Part shown: positions 30,101 through 38,778 of the stretch, piece after piece
Numbering within the stretch: the stretch's first letter is position 1
Layout: every line of letters starts with the position of its first letter
From: Bacteroidales bacterium
GTDB lineage: Bacteria > Bacteroidota > Bacteroidia > Bacteroidales > UBA10428
Length of the DNA: 64,000 nucleotides
Assembly: GCA_041737295.1 (NCBI GenBank)
Contig: JBGSSA010000030.1
Coordinates: forward strand, 24,193 to 88,192
Direction of reading: 5' to 3'
Position numbers and translations under genes: made by a program
The notes under the pieces: model-generated
The model's input: the letters and a program-made list of their open reading frames with translations, nothing else
The model's database searches: none
What the model was told of the DNA's origin: nothing

Positions 30101-30246
30101 TTCCCGGTGCCGATATGGTGCTCATCAAGGCCTTCCTCAGGATCCGGATCCGGAATCAAATCATTATCTTCAGGGTCACGCTCCGGAATCAAAGGGGCCT
30201 CCCCTTCGGTATTTTCATCCTTAATGCTTAAATCCTCAGGATCCAT
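27184..30246 (-). CDS. parC: DNA topoisomerase IV subunit A with long low-complexity tail
   Basis: DGLKPVQRR, YHPHGD, AAPRY catalytic Tyr; follows parE; start 30246 avoids overlap with parE. Confidence 0.92.
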   Translation of the reverse strand: MDPEDLSIKDENTEGEAPLIPERDPEDNDLIPDPDPEEGLDEHHIGTGNVTELAGKYKDWFLDYASYVILERAVPHLDDGLKPVQRRILHAMRQIEDGRYNKVANIIGQTMQYHPHGDASIGDALVQLGQKNLLIDTQGNWGNILTGDGAAAPRYIEARLSKFAQEVVFNPRTTNWKLSYDGRNREPVTLPVKFPLLLAQGVEGIAVGLASKILPHNFIELIDASIACLQGKPYEIFPDFPTGGSIDVARYNDGLRGGQVKIRAKISKQDRKSIIITELPFGQTTTSLIESILKANEKGKIKIRKIDDNTAGHVEIVIHLVPGIDPDVTIDALYAFTDCEIPISPNVCIIREDKPVFIGVSEMLRLATDNTVTLLKLELQIRLDELGELWHYASLEKIFIENELYEPIKECKTEESILEVIDLGLAPFKKLLRRQVNRDDLVRLSNIPIKRISKFSAFKADEYIRQTEAEMEVVKNNLENIIPYAINYYRQIKKKYGTGRERRTEIRNFDTIMAAEVAVANEKLYINRAEGFIGTGLKKDEYISDCSDIDEFIIIRKDGKFLINKVSDKQFVGKDIEYAGVFKKNDERTIYNIIYRDGPAGPAYYKRCAITGLTRGKEYNLTRGEAGSRLLYLSVNPNGEAERVRVTLKPRPRVKNLVFDASFSGLDIKGRSSVGNILTKYPVHKIELKEKGSSTLGGKKIWWDETVQRLNLEGKGKYLGNFAPSDKVLVMTKSGEMRLSGHELTAHFEEDWILIRKYEQDMVFTVVYYDGEQKYYYIKRFQAEVTEKPARYFEEHPKSRFTLLSENDYPRLEIKFGGKHKKRDPEVIEAADFIAEKSFKAKGKRLTVLEVASVTELKPLRFKEDKPGVPEADIVQGTISESVSESESVSVSESGPEIIPQVQLEIQPDEDPRVKPEISEIKPEIKPEIPGVKPDINRKFNPENRPESKPEIKPEVVPTKKPEVIPGKKPEGIPGKKPEVLPGKEPGKEPEKKPEPKPKSKPDKPSSHEGGAGGEQMSLF
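27230..27610 (-). repeat. Intragenic repeats in the ParC tail: (SE/SV)n hexamers and KPE / KKPExxPG units
   Basis: GATTCT/GATACT tandem at about 27566-27606; 24-nt KKPEVIPG/KKPEGIPG/KKPEVLPG units. Confidence 0.85.
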
Positions 30247-30283
30247 GGGAGTATTCAAATTATTATACTGAATGTGCTTCTTT

Positions 30284-32131
30284 TTACCGGACTTCTTCAA
30301 CCAGGTCTTCCTCGATCCGGAGATTGTCAATAATAAAATCCTGTCTTTCAGGAGAATTCTTTCCCATATAGAAAGGAAGAATTTCCTGAATGTGCTCGCC
30401 TTTTTTTACCCGCACAGGGTCAAGGCGCATATCCTTTCCGATAAAATGCTTGAATTCTTCCGGTGATATTTCGCCCAACCCTTTGAAACGAGTTATTTCA
30501 GGGTTAGCACCTATTTTTTTCAGTGCTGTTTCTTTCTCCTCGGGGGTGTAGCAATAATGGGTGGTCTTTTTGTTTCTTACCCTGAACAGGGGAGTTTGTA
30601 AAATATACAGATGCCCCTGTCGTACCAGCTCAGGAAAGAACTGCAGGAAGAACGTCATCAGCAGCATCCGGATATGCATGCCATCCACATCGGCATCCGT
30701 TGCAACAATAATGTTGTTATAACGAAGATATTCGTATCCGTCCTCAATGTTCAAAGCCGCTTGCAGCAAATTGAACTCCTCGTTCTCGTAAACAATCTTC
30801 TTAGTGAGACCGAAACAATTCAATGGTTTGCCCTTTAAGCTGAATACAGCCTGTGTGGCCACATCACGGGTGGTGGTGATGGAACCGCTTGCCGAATCCC
30901 CTTCCGTAATGAAAATCGTTGAATCAAGTCTCCGTTCATCGTTATCCGTTAAATGAATCTTGCAGTCGCGCAGTTTTTTATTGTGAAGATTCGATTTTTT
31001 TGCCCTTTCCCTGGCCAGTTTTTGAATACCTGAAATCGCCTTGCGCTCCTTTTCCGATTCGATAATCTTTTTAAGCAGGATATCGGCAGTTTCCCCATGT
31101 TTATGCAGGTAATTATCCAGGTGCTTTTTCAGGAAATCACCGATGAAATTACGGATAGAAACGCCATCCGGTGTCATTTCCTTGGACCCCAGCTTTGTTT
31201 TTGTCTGTGATTCAAATACCGGCTCTTCCACTTTCAGGCTTAATGCAGTCACCATTGAAGTGCGGATATCGGAGGGATCAAAATCCTTTTTGTAGAATTC
31301 CCGGACCGTCTTTACAAGAGCCTCCTTGAACGCAGTGAGGTGAGTGCCTCCCTGGGTTGTATGCTGGCCGTTAACAAAGGTGTAGTATATTTCGCCGTAC
31401 TGTGTTCCGTGGGTAAGGGCCAGTTCTATGTCTTCATCCTTGATCTGGATGATCGGATACATGCTGTCGCCGTTGACATTATCGCGCAACAGGTCAATTA
31501 AACCATCTTTTGAGAAAAAAGGGGTTCCGTTGAGATAAATCGTGAGACCCGAATTCAGGTAGATATAATTCTTGATCATGGACTCCAGGTAATCCTGAAT
31601 GTACGTGAAGTTGCCAAACATCTTGTGATCCGGCACGAAAGATACAAGTGTGCCGTTCCGGAAGTCACCCTTCTCTTCAGGTGCGTCAACCTGTATGTTG
31701 CCCTCGCTGAAAGTTATGGCTTTCACCATTCCCTCACGGAAAGAACGGATTTCGAAGTAGGAGGATAATGCATTCACAGCCTTGATTCCCACCCCATTCA
31801 ACCCGACTGATTTTTTGAATACCTTGGAATCGTACTTCGCGCCTGTATTCATTCGCGACGCTACATCAAGCACCTTTCCGAGCGGAATACCCCGGCCGTA
31901 ATCGCGAACCTGAACCACATCCTCGTTGATGGTAATATCGATCCGGTTGCCAAAACCCATCATAAATTCATCGATGGCATTATCAAGAACTTCTTTCAGA
32001 AGAACATAAATACCGTCATCCTGTGAAGAACCATCCCCCAGTTTTCCGATGTACATACCGGGACGTTTCCGGATATGTTCTTTCCAGTCGAGCGTACGTA
32101 TTGTATCTTCCGTATAGGTAACAGGGGTCAT
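30284..32131 (-). CDS. parE: DNA topoisomerase IV subunit B
   Basis: [44 protein letters not shown]; 615 aa short type. Confidence 0.93.
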   Translation of the reverse strand: MTPVTYTEDTIRTLDWKEHIRKRPGMYIGKLGDGSSQDDGIYVLLKEVLDNAIDEFMMGFGNRIDITINEDVVQVRDYGRGIPLGKVLDVASRMNTGAKYDSKVFKKSVGLNGVGIKAVNALSSYFEIRSFREGMVKAITFSEGNIQVDAPEEKGDFRNGTLVSFVPDHKMFGNFTYIQDYLESMIKNYIYLNSGLTIYLNGTPFFSKDGLIDLLRDNVNGDSMYPIIQIKDEDIELALTHGTQYGEIYYTFVNGQHTTQGGTHLTAFKEALVKTVREFYKKDFDPSDIRTSMVTALSLKVEEPVFESQTKTKLGSKEMTPDGVSIRNFIGDFLKKHLDNYLHKHGETADILLKKIIESEKERKAISGIQKLARERAKKSNLHNKKLRDCKIHLTDNDERRLDSTIFITEGDSASGSITTTRDVATQAVFSLKGKPLNCFGLTKKIVYENEEFNLLQAALNIEDGYEYLRYNNIIVATDADVDGMHIRMLLMTFFLQFFPELVRQGHLYILQTPLFRVRNKKTTHYCYTPEEKETALKKIGANPEITRFKGLGEISPEEFKHFIGKDMRLDPVRVKKGEHIQEILPFYMGKNSPERQDFIIDNLRIEEDLVEEVR

Positions 32132-32150
32132 AAAACAACCAGATTTAGCG

Positions 32151-32158
32151 CAAAAATA
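32151..32158 (-). promoter_or_regulatory. -7 promoter element for parE
   Basis: TATTTTTG on the minus strand about 20 nt before the start. Confidence 0.55.
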
Positions 32159-32403
32159 AGATAAAGATGCCAGTTACAATCATTTCTTTATTAACATGCT
32201 GATAACATCAAAAGCACTATATTCAGGCATCAGAGCTGACATACATATTATTAACCGGTGCATAACCCCGGTGGCAAATTGATTCGTTGTTGAAAAATAG
32301 CCCGGGGGGATCGCGGTCCATCATTTTCTACCGACAGGCAATCCCTCCGGGATTCTTTCATCTCCGGGATTATTCTTCCTAGTCCCTAGTCCCTTGTCAC
32401 TCG

Positions 32404-34152
32404 TCACTTCTTCAGCCACTCCTCCACCTCCTGGGGACTCAACCCTTTCAATCCCAGTTTATTTTTTTTATTATACCCGTTCAGATCATTGGCAAGCTTG
32501 CCTGCCTTCGCTTCTTTCAGTTTATCAACAGTTGAAAACCCAAGCTTCTTTAATACATCCACCCAAACCTCAGGAACTCCAATTTCCAGGTATTTTTCCT
32601 GTCCCTCCTCCCTTGTCACTTGTCCCACTTCCGGTTTCATCTGCGGGAAAAGCAGTACATCCTGTATGCTAGGCTGGCCGGTCATGATCATTGTCAGACG
32701 GTCAATTCCGATCCCCAGTCCGGAAGCCGGCGGCATCCCGTATTCCAGTGCCCGGAGAAAATCCTGGTCTATAAACATGGCCTCATTGTCCCCCTTTTCC
32801 GAAAGCTTCAGCTGTTCCTGGAATCTTTCGCGCTGGTCGATCGGGTCGTTCAGCTCCGAATAGGCATTGCACAATTCCTTTGTATTAACAATGAGCTCGA
32901 AACGTTCTGTAAGCGCCGGGTTCGACCGGTGTTTTTTACATAAAGGCGACATTTCAACCGGATAGTCCATGATAAAGGTAGGTTGTAATAGTTGCTTTTC
33001 AACCTTGGCCCCGAAAATTTCGTCAATCAGTTTTCCTTTTCCCATGGTAGGATCAGTATCAATTTCCAGTTTCCGGCATGCATCCCGCAACTGTTCCTCA
33101 TCCATGACGGATATATCAATTCCTGCATATTGTTTAATGGCATCCGCCATAGTAAGCCGGGTAAACGGCCGCTTGAAATCAATTACAGCCTCCCCGTAAG
33201 GGACCTTAGTTGTACCATGAAGGTCGAGGGCTACTTTTTCAATCATCTCCTCCACAAAATCCATCATCCACAGGTAATCCTTATAGGCTATATATATTTC
33301 CATTACAGTGAACTCGGGGTTGTGTGTGCGGTCCATACCCTCATTCCTGAAATCCTTCGAAAATTCATAAACCCCTTCAAACCCCCCCACAAGAAGTCGC
33401 TTCAGGTATAATTCGTTTGCTATTCTCAGATATAACGGAATATCCAGCGAATTATGATGCGTAATGAAGGGACGTGCTGTTGCTCCCCCGGGAATAGGCT
33501 GCAGGACAGGCGTTTCCACCTCGAGGTATCCGCGGGAATTAAACAGGTCACGAAGCGAATTAATAATCTGTGAACGTTTGATGAAGACCTCGCGAACCGC
33601 GGGATTCACTACAAGGTCGACATACCGCTGCCTGTACCTGAATTCAGGATCCGTCACCGCGTCGTAGATTACACCATCCTTTTCCTTTACAACGGGCAGC
33701 GGTTTGAGTGATTTTCCCAGCAGGGTGAGTTCCTTAACATGAATGGAGATTTCGCCCATCTGGGTTATGAAAACAAATCCCTTCACCCCGATAAAATCAC
33801 CGATATCAAGCAATTTTTTAAAAACCGAATTATACAGGGTTTTATCTTCTCCCGGACACAGATCATCGCGCTTGAGATACAATTGTACGCGTCCCTTTTC
33901 ATCCTGTAATTCCGCGAAAGATGCACTTCCCATGATCCGTTTGTTCATCAGGCGGCCGGCAATGCAAACGCTTGTAAAATCAATGGTCTTATCCGGGCGT
34001 TTATTTTCGTCTTCTGAAAAAGTATTGATTTGCCGGGTTGTGCAATTAACAGGAAACATGGCCGCGGGATAAGGATCTATTCCAAGATTCCTTAATTCGG
34101 TCAATGCCTGTCTCCTGATAATTTCCTGTTCACTCAGATCGCTGTTATTCAT
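32404..34152 (-). CDS. lysS: Lysine-tRNA ligase (class II) with C-terminal helical extension
   Basis: RYRQRYVDL, GGATARPF, FRNEG, EYGMPP..GLGIGIDRL; start 34152 lies after the promoter motif. Confidence 0.96.
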   Translation of the reverse strand: MNNSDLSEQEIIRRQALTELRNLGIDPYPAAMFPVNCTTRQINTFSEDENKRPDKTIDFTSVCIAGRLMNKRIMGSASFAELQDEKGRVQLYLKRDDLCPGEDKTLYNSVFKKLLDIGDFIGVKGFVFITQMGEISIHVKELTLLGKSLKPLPVVKEKDGVIYDAVTDPEFRYRQRYVDLVVNPAVREVFIKRSQIINSLRDLFNSRGYLEVETPVLQPIPGGATARPFITHHNSLDIPLYLRIANELYLKRLLVGGFEGVYEFSKDFRNEGMDRTHNPEFTVMEIYIAYKDYLWMMDFVEEMIEKVALDLHGTTKVPYGEAVIDFKRPFTRLTMADAIKQYAGIDISVMDEEQLRDACRKLEIDTDPTMGKGKLIDEIFGAKVEKQLLQPTFIMDYPVEMSPLCKKHRSNPALTERFELIVNTKELCNAYSELNDPIDQRERFQEQLKLSEKGDNEAMFIDQDFLRALEYGMPPASGLGIGIDRLTMIMTGQPSIQDVLLFPQMKPEVGQVTREEGQEKYLEIGVPEVWVDVLKKLGFSTVDKLKEAKAGKLANDLNGYNKKNKLGLKGLSPQEVEEWLKK

Positions 34153-34173
34153 GGGTTCGCCTATAATTTGGCA

Positions 34174-34181
34174 CAAATATA
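34174..34181 (-). promoter_or_regulatory. -7 promoter element for lysS
   Basis: TATATTTG on the minus strand. Confidence 0.55.
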
Positions 34182-34439
34182 ATATTTTTGGGCATGGCAA
34201 TATAAGAAGTCGTTTTTTACTATTTCGCAGGATAATTTGTGTTTGCGGGGCTTTTATTCTCGCAGATTTCGCAAATTTCGCAGATTAGCAATATCTGAAG
34301 TCTGAAATCGGTTGATAGAATTCAATGAGATTTCTGCGCCCTCTTTAAGCCTGGTAAACAAAAACTTAGCGGTCTCTGCGGTTAAATTCTTAAAAACGCC
34401 GCAAGGCGTTCCTGACGCCTCGACATCCGTTTAAAATCG

Positions 34440-34471
34440 AATTACAGATAATCTGTAATTAAATATCTTTG
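34440..34471 (+). promoter_or_regulatory. Perfect 10-1-10 palindrome next to the -7 element of aroK
   Basis: AATTACAGAT-A-ATCTGTAATT (34440-34460) then TATCTTTG (34464-34471). Confidence 0.55.
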
Positions 34472-34485
34472 CAAAAAATCGACCC

Positions 34486-35004
34486 GTGCGCTATTTCATC
34501 ATCGGATTCAAAAACAGCGGAAAAACAACTCTTGGCCGGAAACTTGCCCGGCTGCTGAACCTTGAGTTTATTGACCTTGACGAATACATCGAGGAAAAGG
34601 AAGGCAGGTCCATACCCGAAATTTATACTTCCGTGGGGGATGAAACATTTCGTACACTGGAATGGAAGTCGCTGAAAGAGCTTGTCCGAAAAGATAACAT
34701 AGTGGTATCTACCGGCGGCGGCGTACCCTGTCATTGCGATAACATGACCCTGATGGAAAAATTCGGAGAGGTCATTTATCTCAATGTACCGGATGAGACC
34801 CTTGTAAATCGGCTTAAACGGGCGGTGCATGACAGGCCCATTGTGAAGGGCAAGACCGAGCAGGAACTGCGTTCATACATAGCAGATCTGAGGAGCCGCT
34901 GCGAGCACCATTATAAAAGGGCTAAATACATTGTTGATGGCGAAAATATTAACCTTCCTGCCCTGCTGAACAGGATGACCCCACCGCCGGGATCAAAAAG
35001 GTAA
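34486..35004 (+). CDS. aroK: Shikimate kinase
   Basis: GFKNSGKTT Walker A, DLD, FRTLE, STGGG, RP. Confidence 0.9.
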   Translation: MRYFIIGFKNSGKTTLGRKLARLLNLEFIDLDEYIEEKEGRSIPEIYTSVGDETFRTLEWKSLKELVRKDNIVVSTGGGVPCHCDNMTLMEKFGEVIYLNVPDETLVNRLKRAVHDRPIVKGKTEQELRSYIADLRSRCEHHYKRAKYIVDGENINLPALLNRMTPPPGSKR

Positions 35005-35373
35005 ATCGTCCTTATCTCCGTTAACGTCATCAGCCGTCAGGGGCTGCAAATCAGTGGGAAGACCGGGATCATTCCTGTCTCCTCCCTGAACTTTTTCCTG
35101 GAGGCCGGTTTCAATCTTCCACACACGCAGGTCCGTATACCAGCGGCCATTAAATTCGCGTGATTCAATATTAAACGATATTTTAACGGTGTCTTCGGTT
35201 TTGAACGATTTCAGTAAAGACACCTTATCGCCCCAGGCCGAAAAACAGACTTTTTTCGGATACTGCTCCTGGGTTTCCACGATGAAATCCTGGCGCGACC
35301 ATTGACCATTGCGCCCTGTTCCGGTTTGCTCGGGAAGCACTTGCAGTACTTTCCCGGTTAATTCTTGTGCCAT
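34993..35373 (-). CDS. DUF3127 protein (OB-fold-like) with acidic DDLPF tail
   Basis: ELTGKV...W..QDF..ET..QYPKK...SREFNGRWYTD...WK; ends DDLPF. Confidence 0.88.
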   Translation of the reverse strand: MAQELTGKVLQVLPEQTGTGRNGQWSRQDFIVETQEQYPKKVCFSAWGDKVSLLKSFKTEDTVKISFNIESREFNGRWYTDLRVWKIETGLQEKVQGGDRNDPGLPTDLQPLTADDVNGDKDDLPF

Positions 35374-35574
35374 TGCCAATTATCTTTTTTTGTTTTTTAA
35401 ATGAAAACTAAAAGTACAATTATTCCGGAACTTCTTCACAATGAAAAACTAAATTACCCGTTTTTAAATTCAGGGTCATCCGCGATTTTTGTCAAGAAAT
35501 GCGCAAGTCCATGCAAAATCTTGGTTTCATTATGATATTTTAGTATTTTTACAATTTTACTATCTGAATCTGCC

Positions 35575-38500
35575 ATGCCTGCCCGGCAGGCTTTAAGGAA
35601 CGTTATGAAGAATACCTTTCTGGGAATACCCATTCATAACCGCCGCGAGGGGATCATGTTAACATTTGCCTCCCTTCAGGCCTTTTCTATTGGCGCATTC
35701 ACGGCATTATTCGCTATAGGTTCGCATGTGCTTTTCCTCCAGTCGTGGGAACCCGCTATAATGCCACAGGCTTTTGTATTTTCAGGTGTTTGGGGAATTC
35801 TGCTGTTTACATTCTATTCCGCATTTACAAACCGGGTCAACATAACTCTTTTTGCACCCCTTGTAATGCTGGTTGCCCTGTTGCTGAACCTCTTTTGTTT
35901 TTTCTTTTATGACGACGTAATAAATTACAACATTTCGGGCATACCCATGATGTTCCCTTTTGTATTGGCCATCCCCCTGCCGATTGTTGTCATGGTTGTC
36001 TTCAGAAAATCGCTGCGGTACCAGTTATCACCCGAACAGCACCGAAGATTGAATCCGTTTATTCGTACCGCGCAGATGGCGGGAATCATACTTTCAAGCT
36101 ATGCCCTGGTTGGCTCCCTGTTTATCGCCTGGGATATGCTCATGATCATTGCATTCAGTGCAATTTTTATCGCTCTTGCAATTTTGCTCCAGCTGCCGCT
36201 AAGCCTTATTTACCGTTATTCACCCCGGTTCCAGCCGGTGGTGAAGCGTTCAAACCAGCTTCGTTCACGTTTTTATGAATTATTCTATACCCGGTATACC
36301 TTTTTATTAGTTGCTTTCGTTCTGCTATCCGCCATAACGGGATTTATACTCCATTTTCATTTCGTGGCTGAAACAAGGGCGTACTACTCAAATACAATCG
36401 GACTGGCAAAATTCTTCGGCTTTTTCATGGGCACCATGTTTCTTTTTGTATATGGTGTTGAAAAATTCCTTGTCAGGAAAATTCTTTACTCCTACGATTC
36501 ACCTTACAGTCTTGTCCTGATCCCTGTTGTCCTCATACTGACCTCGCTGGCCACCCTGGCCATTGACCTGTTATTCGGAACCACCACGCTCATTGCGCGG
36601 TTTTCTTTTGGTTTTATGATGGTAGCCATGCTGAAAACCGGCTATGAAACCACGCTGGAATCAATTGAACTTCCTTCCCTGAGGGTATTGTTCCGCACCA
36701 TGGACCTGCGCTTCAGCAATGCGCTTATCCCCCGGTTTGAAGGCTCTTTCCGTATGCTGGCCCTGTTATTGGCCGGACTGGTTCTTTCTGCACTGATGTT
36801 TTTCAACCTTACGGGCAGCCTGTTTTTGAACCTCGCTGTTCTTGTATTTAGCCTGATCTGGCTCCCGGTGAGTATATTTCTGGTTAAGGGATATCAGAAT
36901 GCCCTGCGGGAAACCATACGGCGCCTCAAGACAAGTAAAAAGGCTATACAGGCGGAACTTTTAAATACAGACGAAAAAACCCATCACCTGATCAACGACC
37001 CGAACCCGGTAAAATCTATCAATACACTGTCGCTGGTTGAAAAACTTGAGCCCCTCACCCATGAGAAACACCTGCTATCATTGCTGGGAACTGATTCTCC
37101 GGAGCTGAGAAAATACCTGCTTGAACGGATCGAGGAAAATGCCTTGCTGAGTTCGTTCACCAGGCTCAAGGAGCTTCAAGCCATACATCATAAGCACCCG
37201 GGGAACCATCTGCCCAAACTTGTGAACCGATTTGAGTTGAAATTCAGCGTGGGTATTGATTATGAATCCATATGCCGTCTCACAAATTCCAAAATTCTTA
37301 CTGACCGCATACTGGCTGCCGAACTGATCGGAAATTCGGGAAACAAGGAATATGGTGACCTCCTGCTTTTTCTACATCGCGACATCGAACCCGACGTAAA
37401 ACTGGCTGCCGTGAAAGCCATGGCCCGTATGGCCCATCCCGATCACAGCTATATCCTTATCGGTTACCTCACCACCCCGGTTTATTATTCCTATGCCTTT
37501 GAATCATTGGTACGTATTGGTGATCCGGCAGTTCCATATATGGAACAGGCATTCCTTTTGCCGGATGCGGATAATATCCTGCTTTCAAGAATTGTAAGAA
37601 TATATGGTAAGATAGGCACCCAGGCTGCCATTGACCACCTTCTCGGAAAAATAGAAAACCAGAACCGTACTGTTGTCAGGCAAACCCTCCTGGCATTGCG
37701 CGAGGCTAAATTTCAGGCCACCCCGGGAAACATCAACCGTATACTCAATGACATTGTGCGGCTGATCAACGTAATGTCATGGAACTTTGCGGCCTATTCA
37801 AGCATTAATACATCGCCCCGGTTTTCCCTGCTCGTGGAAGCCCTTGAATCGGAAATTGCGGATAACTATAATACCTTGTATCACCTTCTATCATTGGCCT
37901 ACAATCCCACTTCCATAGGAAATATAAAGAATTTGCTTCTCGAAGGAAGTGATACCGATATCAGCTTTGCCATTGAGCTTCTTGACCAGATTGTAAATGA
38001 AGAAATCAAACAGGTATTTTTCCCGATCGTTGAAAATATTTCCGTAAAGGAACGCTTCAAGCAACTTCAGTATTTCTTCCAGGCTGTGCGCGAATTGCCG
38101 GATGAATTGATCCAGGATATCATCAATCGCGATTTTAACATGCTTTCGCTGTATGCAAAGAGCTGCGCTCTCTATTGCCTTCCTATCCTCAACAAACAGG
38201 AAGCAAGCCAGGAACTGGTTGCCAGCGTGTTTCATCCCAACCAGCTGATCCGCGAAACGGCCGCGTATGTGATGGAACAGATTGAACCCATGAAACTGGA
38301 ATCGGTTTTATCAAGACTCGACCCGGTTTGGGTAAATGAAATTAAATCCAGCCTTTCGCATGCCGGAAACGGCATCCCATACCTGCTGCTTCACCGTATA
38401 AGGTTTATCAAGGCCTGCCGGCAGATGAAGTCCATTTCGGAAGATATCCTGCTTGAAATAACCAAAGTGCTGGATGTTAATATTTTAAAGCAGGATGAAG

Positions 38501-38769
38501 AATTTCTGATCAAACGTGATGATGTGCATTATGCCTTCATGATTATTATTGAAGGAACTGCGCAAATAAAGATTTCTTCGGGTAAAGTATTTACCTTTGA
38601 CAAAAATGATATAATTTACAGCGACATTTTTGTTGAGGATAATACATTTTCATTGCGTGCGCTTACCGACCTCCGCATGTATAGTCTGGAACAGGAGGCC
38701 CTGAATTCATTAATGTTCGATTACATCGATTTCAGGAATGCCATACTCGATATAGTTGAAGAAGCTTAA
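35575..38769 (+). CDS. Multi-TM NTT/MFS-like transporter fused to HEAT repeats and a C-terminal cNMP-binding-fold domain
   Basis: About 12 hydrophobic helices in the first ~440 aa ending Y...L; HEAT repeats (DRILAAELIG, DVKLAAVKAMA, IRETAAYVM); C-terminal FIK...SEDIL...FMIIIEG...LRALTD. Confidence 0.72.
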   Translation: MPARQALRNVMKNTFLGIPIHNRREGIMLTFASLQAFSIGAFTALFAIGSHVLFLQSWEPAIMPQAFVFSGVWGILLFTFYSAFTNRVNITLFAPLVMLVALLLNLFCFFFYDDVINYNISGIPMMFPFVLAIPLPIVVMVVFRKSLRYQLSPEQHRRLNPFIRTAQMAGIILSSYALVGSLFIAWDMLMIIAFSAIFIALAILLQLPLSLIYRYSPRFQPVVKRSNQLRSRFYELFYTRYTFLLVAFVLLSAITGFILHFHFVAETRAYYSNTIGLAKFFGFFMGTMFLFVYGVEKFLVRKILYSYDSPYSLVLIPVVLILTSLATLAIDLLFGTTTLIARFSFGFMMVAMLKTGYETTLESIELPSLRVLFRTMDLRFSNALIPRFEGSFRMLALLLAGLVLSALMFFNLTGSLFLNLAVLVFSLIWLPVSIFLVKGYQNALRETIRRLKTSKKAIQAELLNTDEKTHHLINDPNPVKSINTLSLVEKLEPLTHEKHLLSLLGTDSPELRKYLLERIEENALLSSFTRLKELQAIHHKHPGNHLPKLVNRFELKFSVGIDYESICRLTNSKILTDRILAAELIGNSGNKEYGDLLLFLHRDIEPDVKLAAVKAMARMAHPDHSYILIGYLTTPVYYSYAFESLVRIGDPAVPYMEQAFLLPDADNILLSRIVRIYGKIGTQAAIDHLLGKIENQNRTVVRQTLLALREAKFQATPGNINRILNDIVRLINVMSWNFAAYSSINTSPRFSLLVEALESEIADNYNTLYHLLSLAYNPTSIGNIKNLLLEGSDTDISFAIELLDQIVNEEIKQVFFPIVENISVKERFKQLQYFFQAVRELPDELIQDIINRDFNMLSLYAKSCALYCLPILNKQEASQELVASVFHPNQLIRETAAYVMEQIEPMKLESVLSRLDPVWVNEIKSSLSHAGNGIPYLLLHRIRFIKACRQMKSISEDILLEITKVLDVNILKQDEEFLIKRDDVHYAFMIIIEGTAQIKISSGKVFTFDKNDIIYSDIFVEDNTFSLRALTDLRMYSLEQEALNSLMFDYIDFRNAILDIVEEA

Positions 38770-38778
38770 GACCGGGAA

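Noticed and set aside
30247..30330. ORF-track upstream start for parC (similarly lysS 34200, alkD 15759, araC 17976, fprA 58123)
   Set aside because: These extensions overlap neighbouring genes or promoter motifs, or use weak start codons; downstream ATGs fit better
32132..32403. Replication origin
   Set aside because: Only a few degenerate boxes, no clear AT-rich unwinding element and no dnaA/gidA context; kept only as a possible regulatory site
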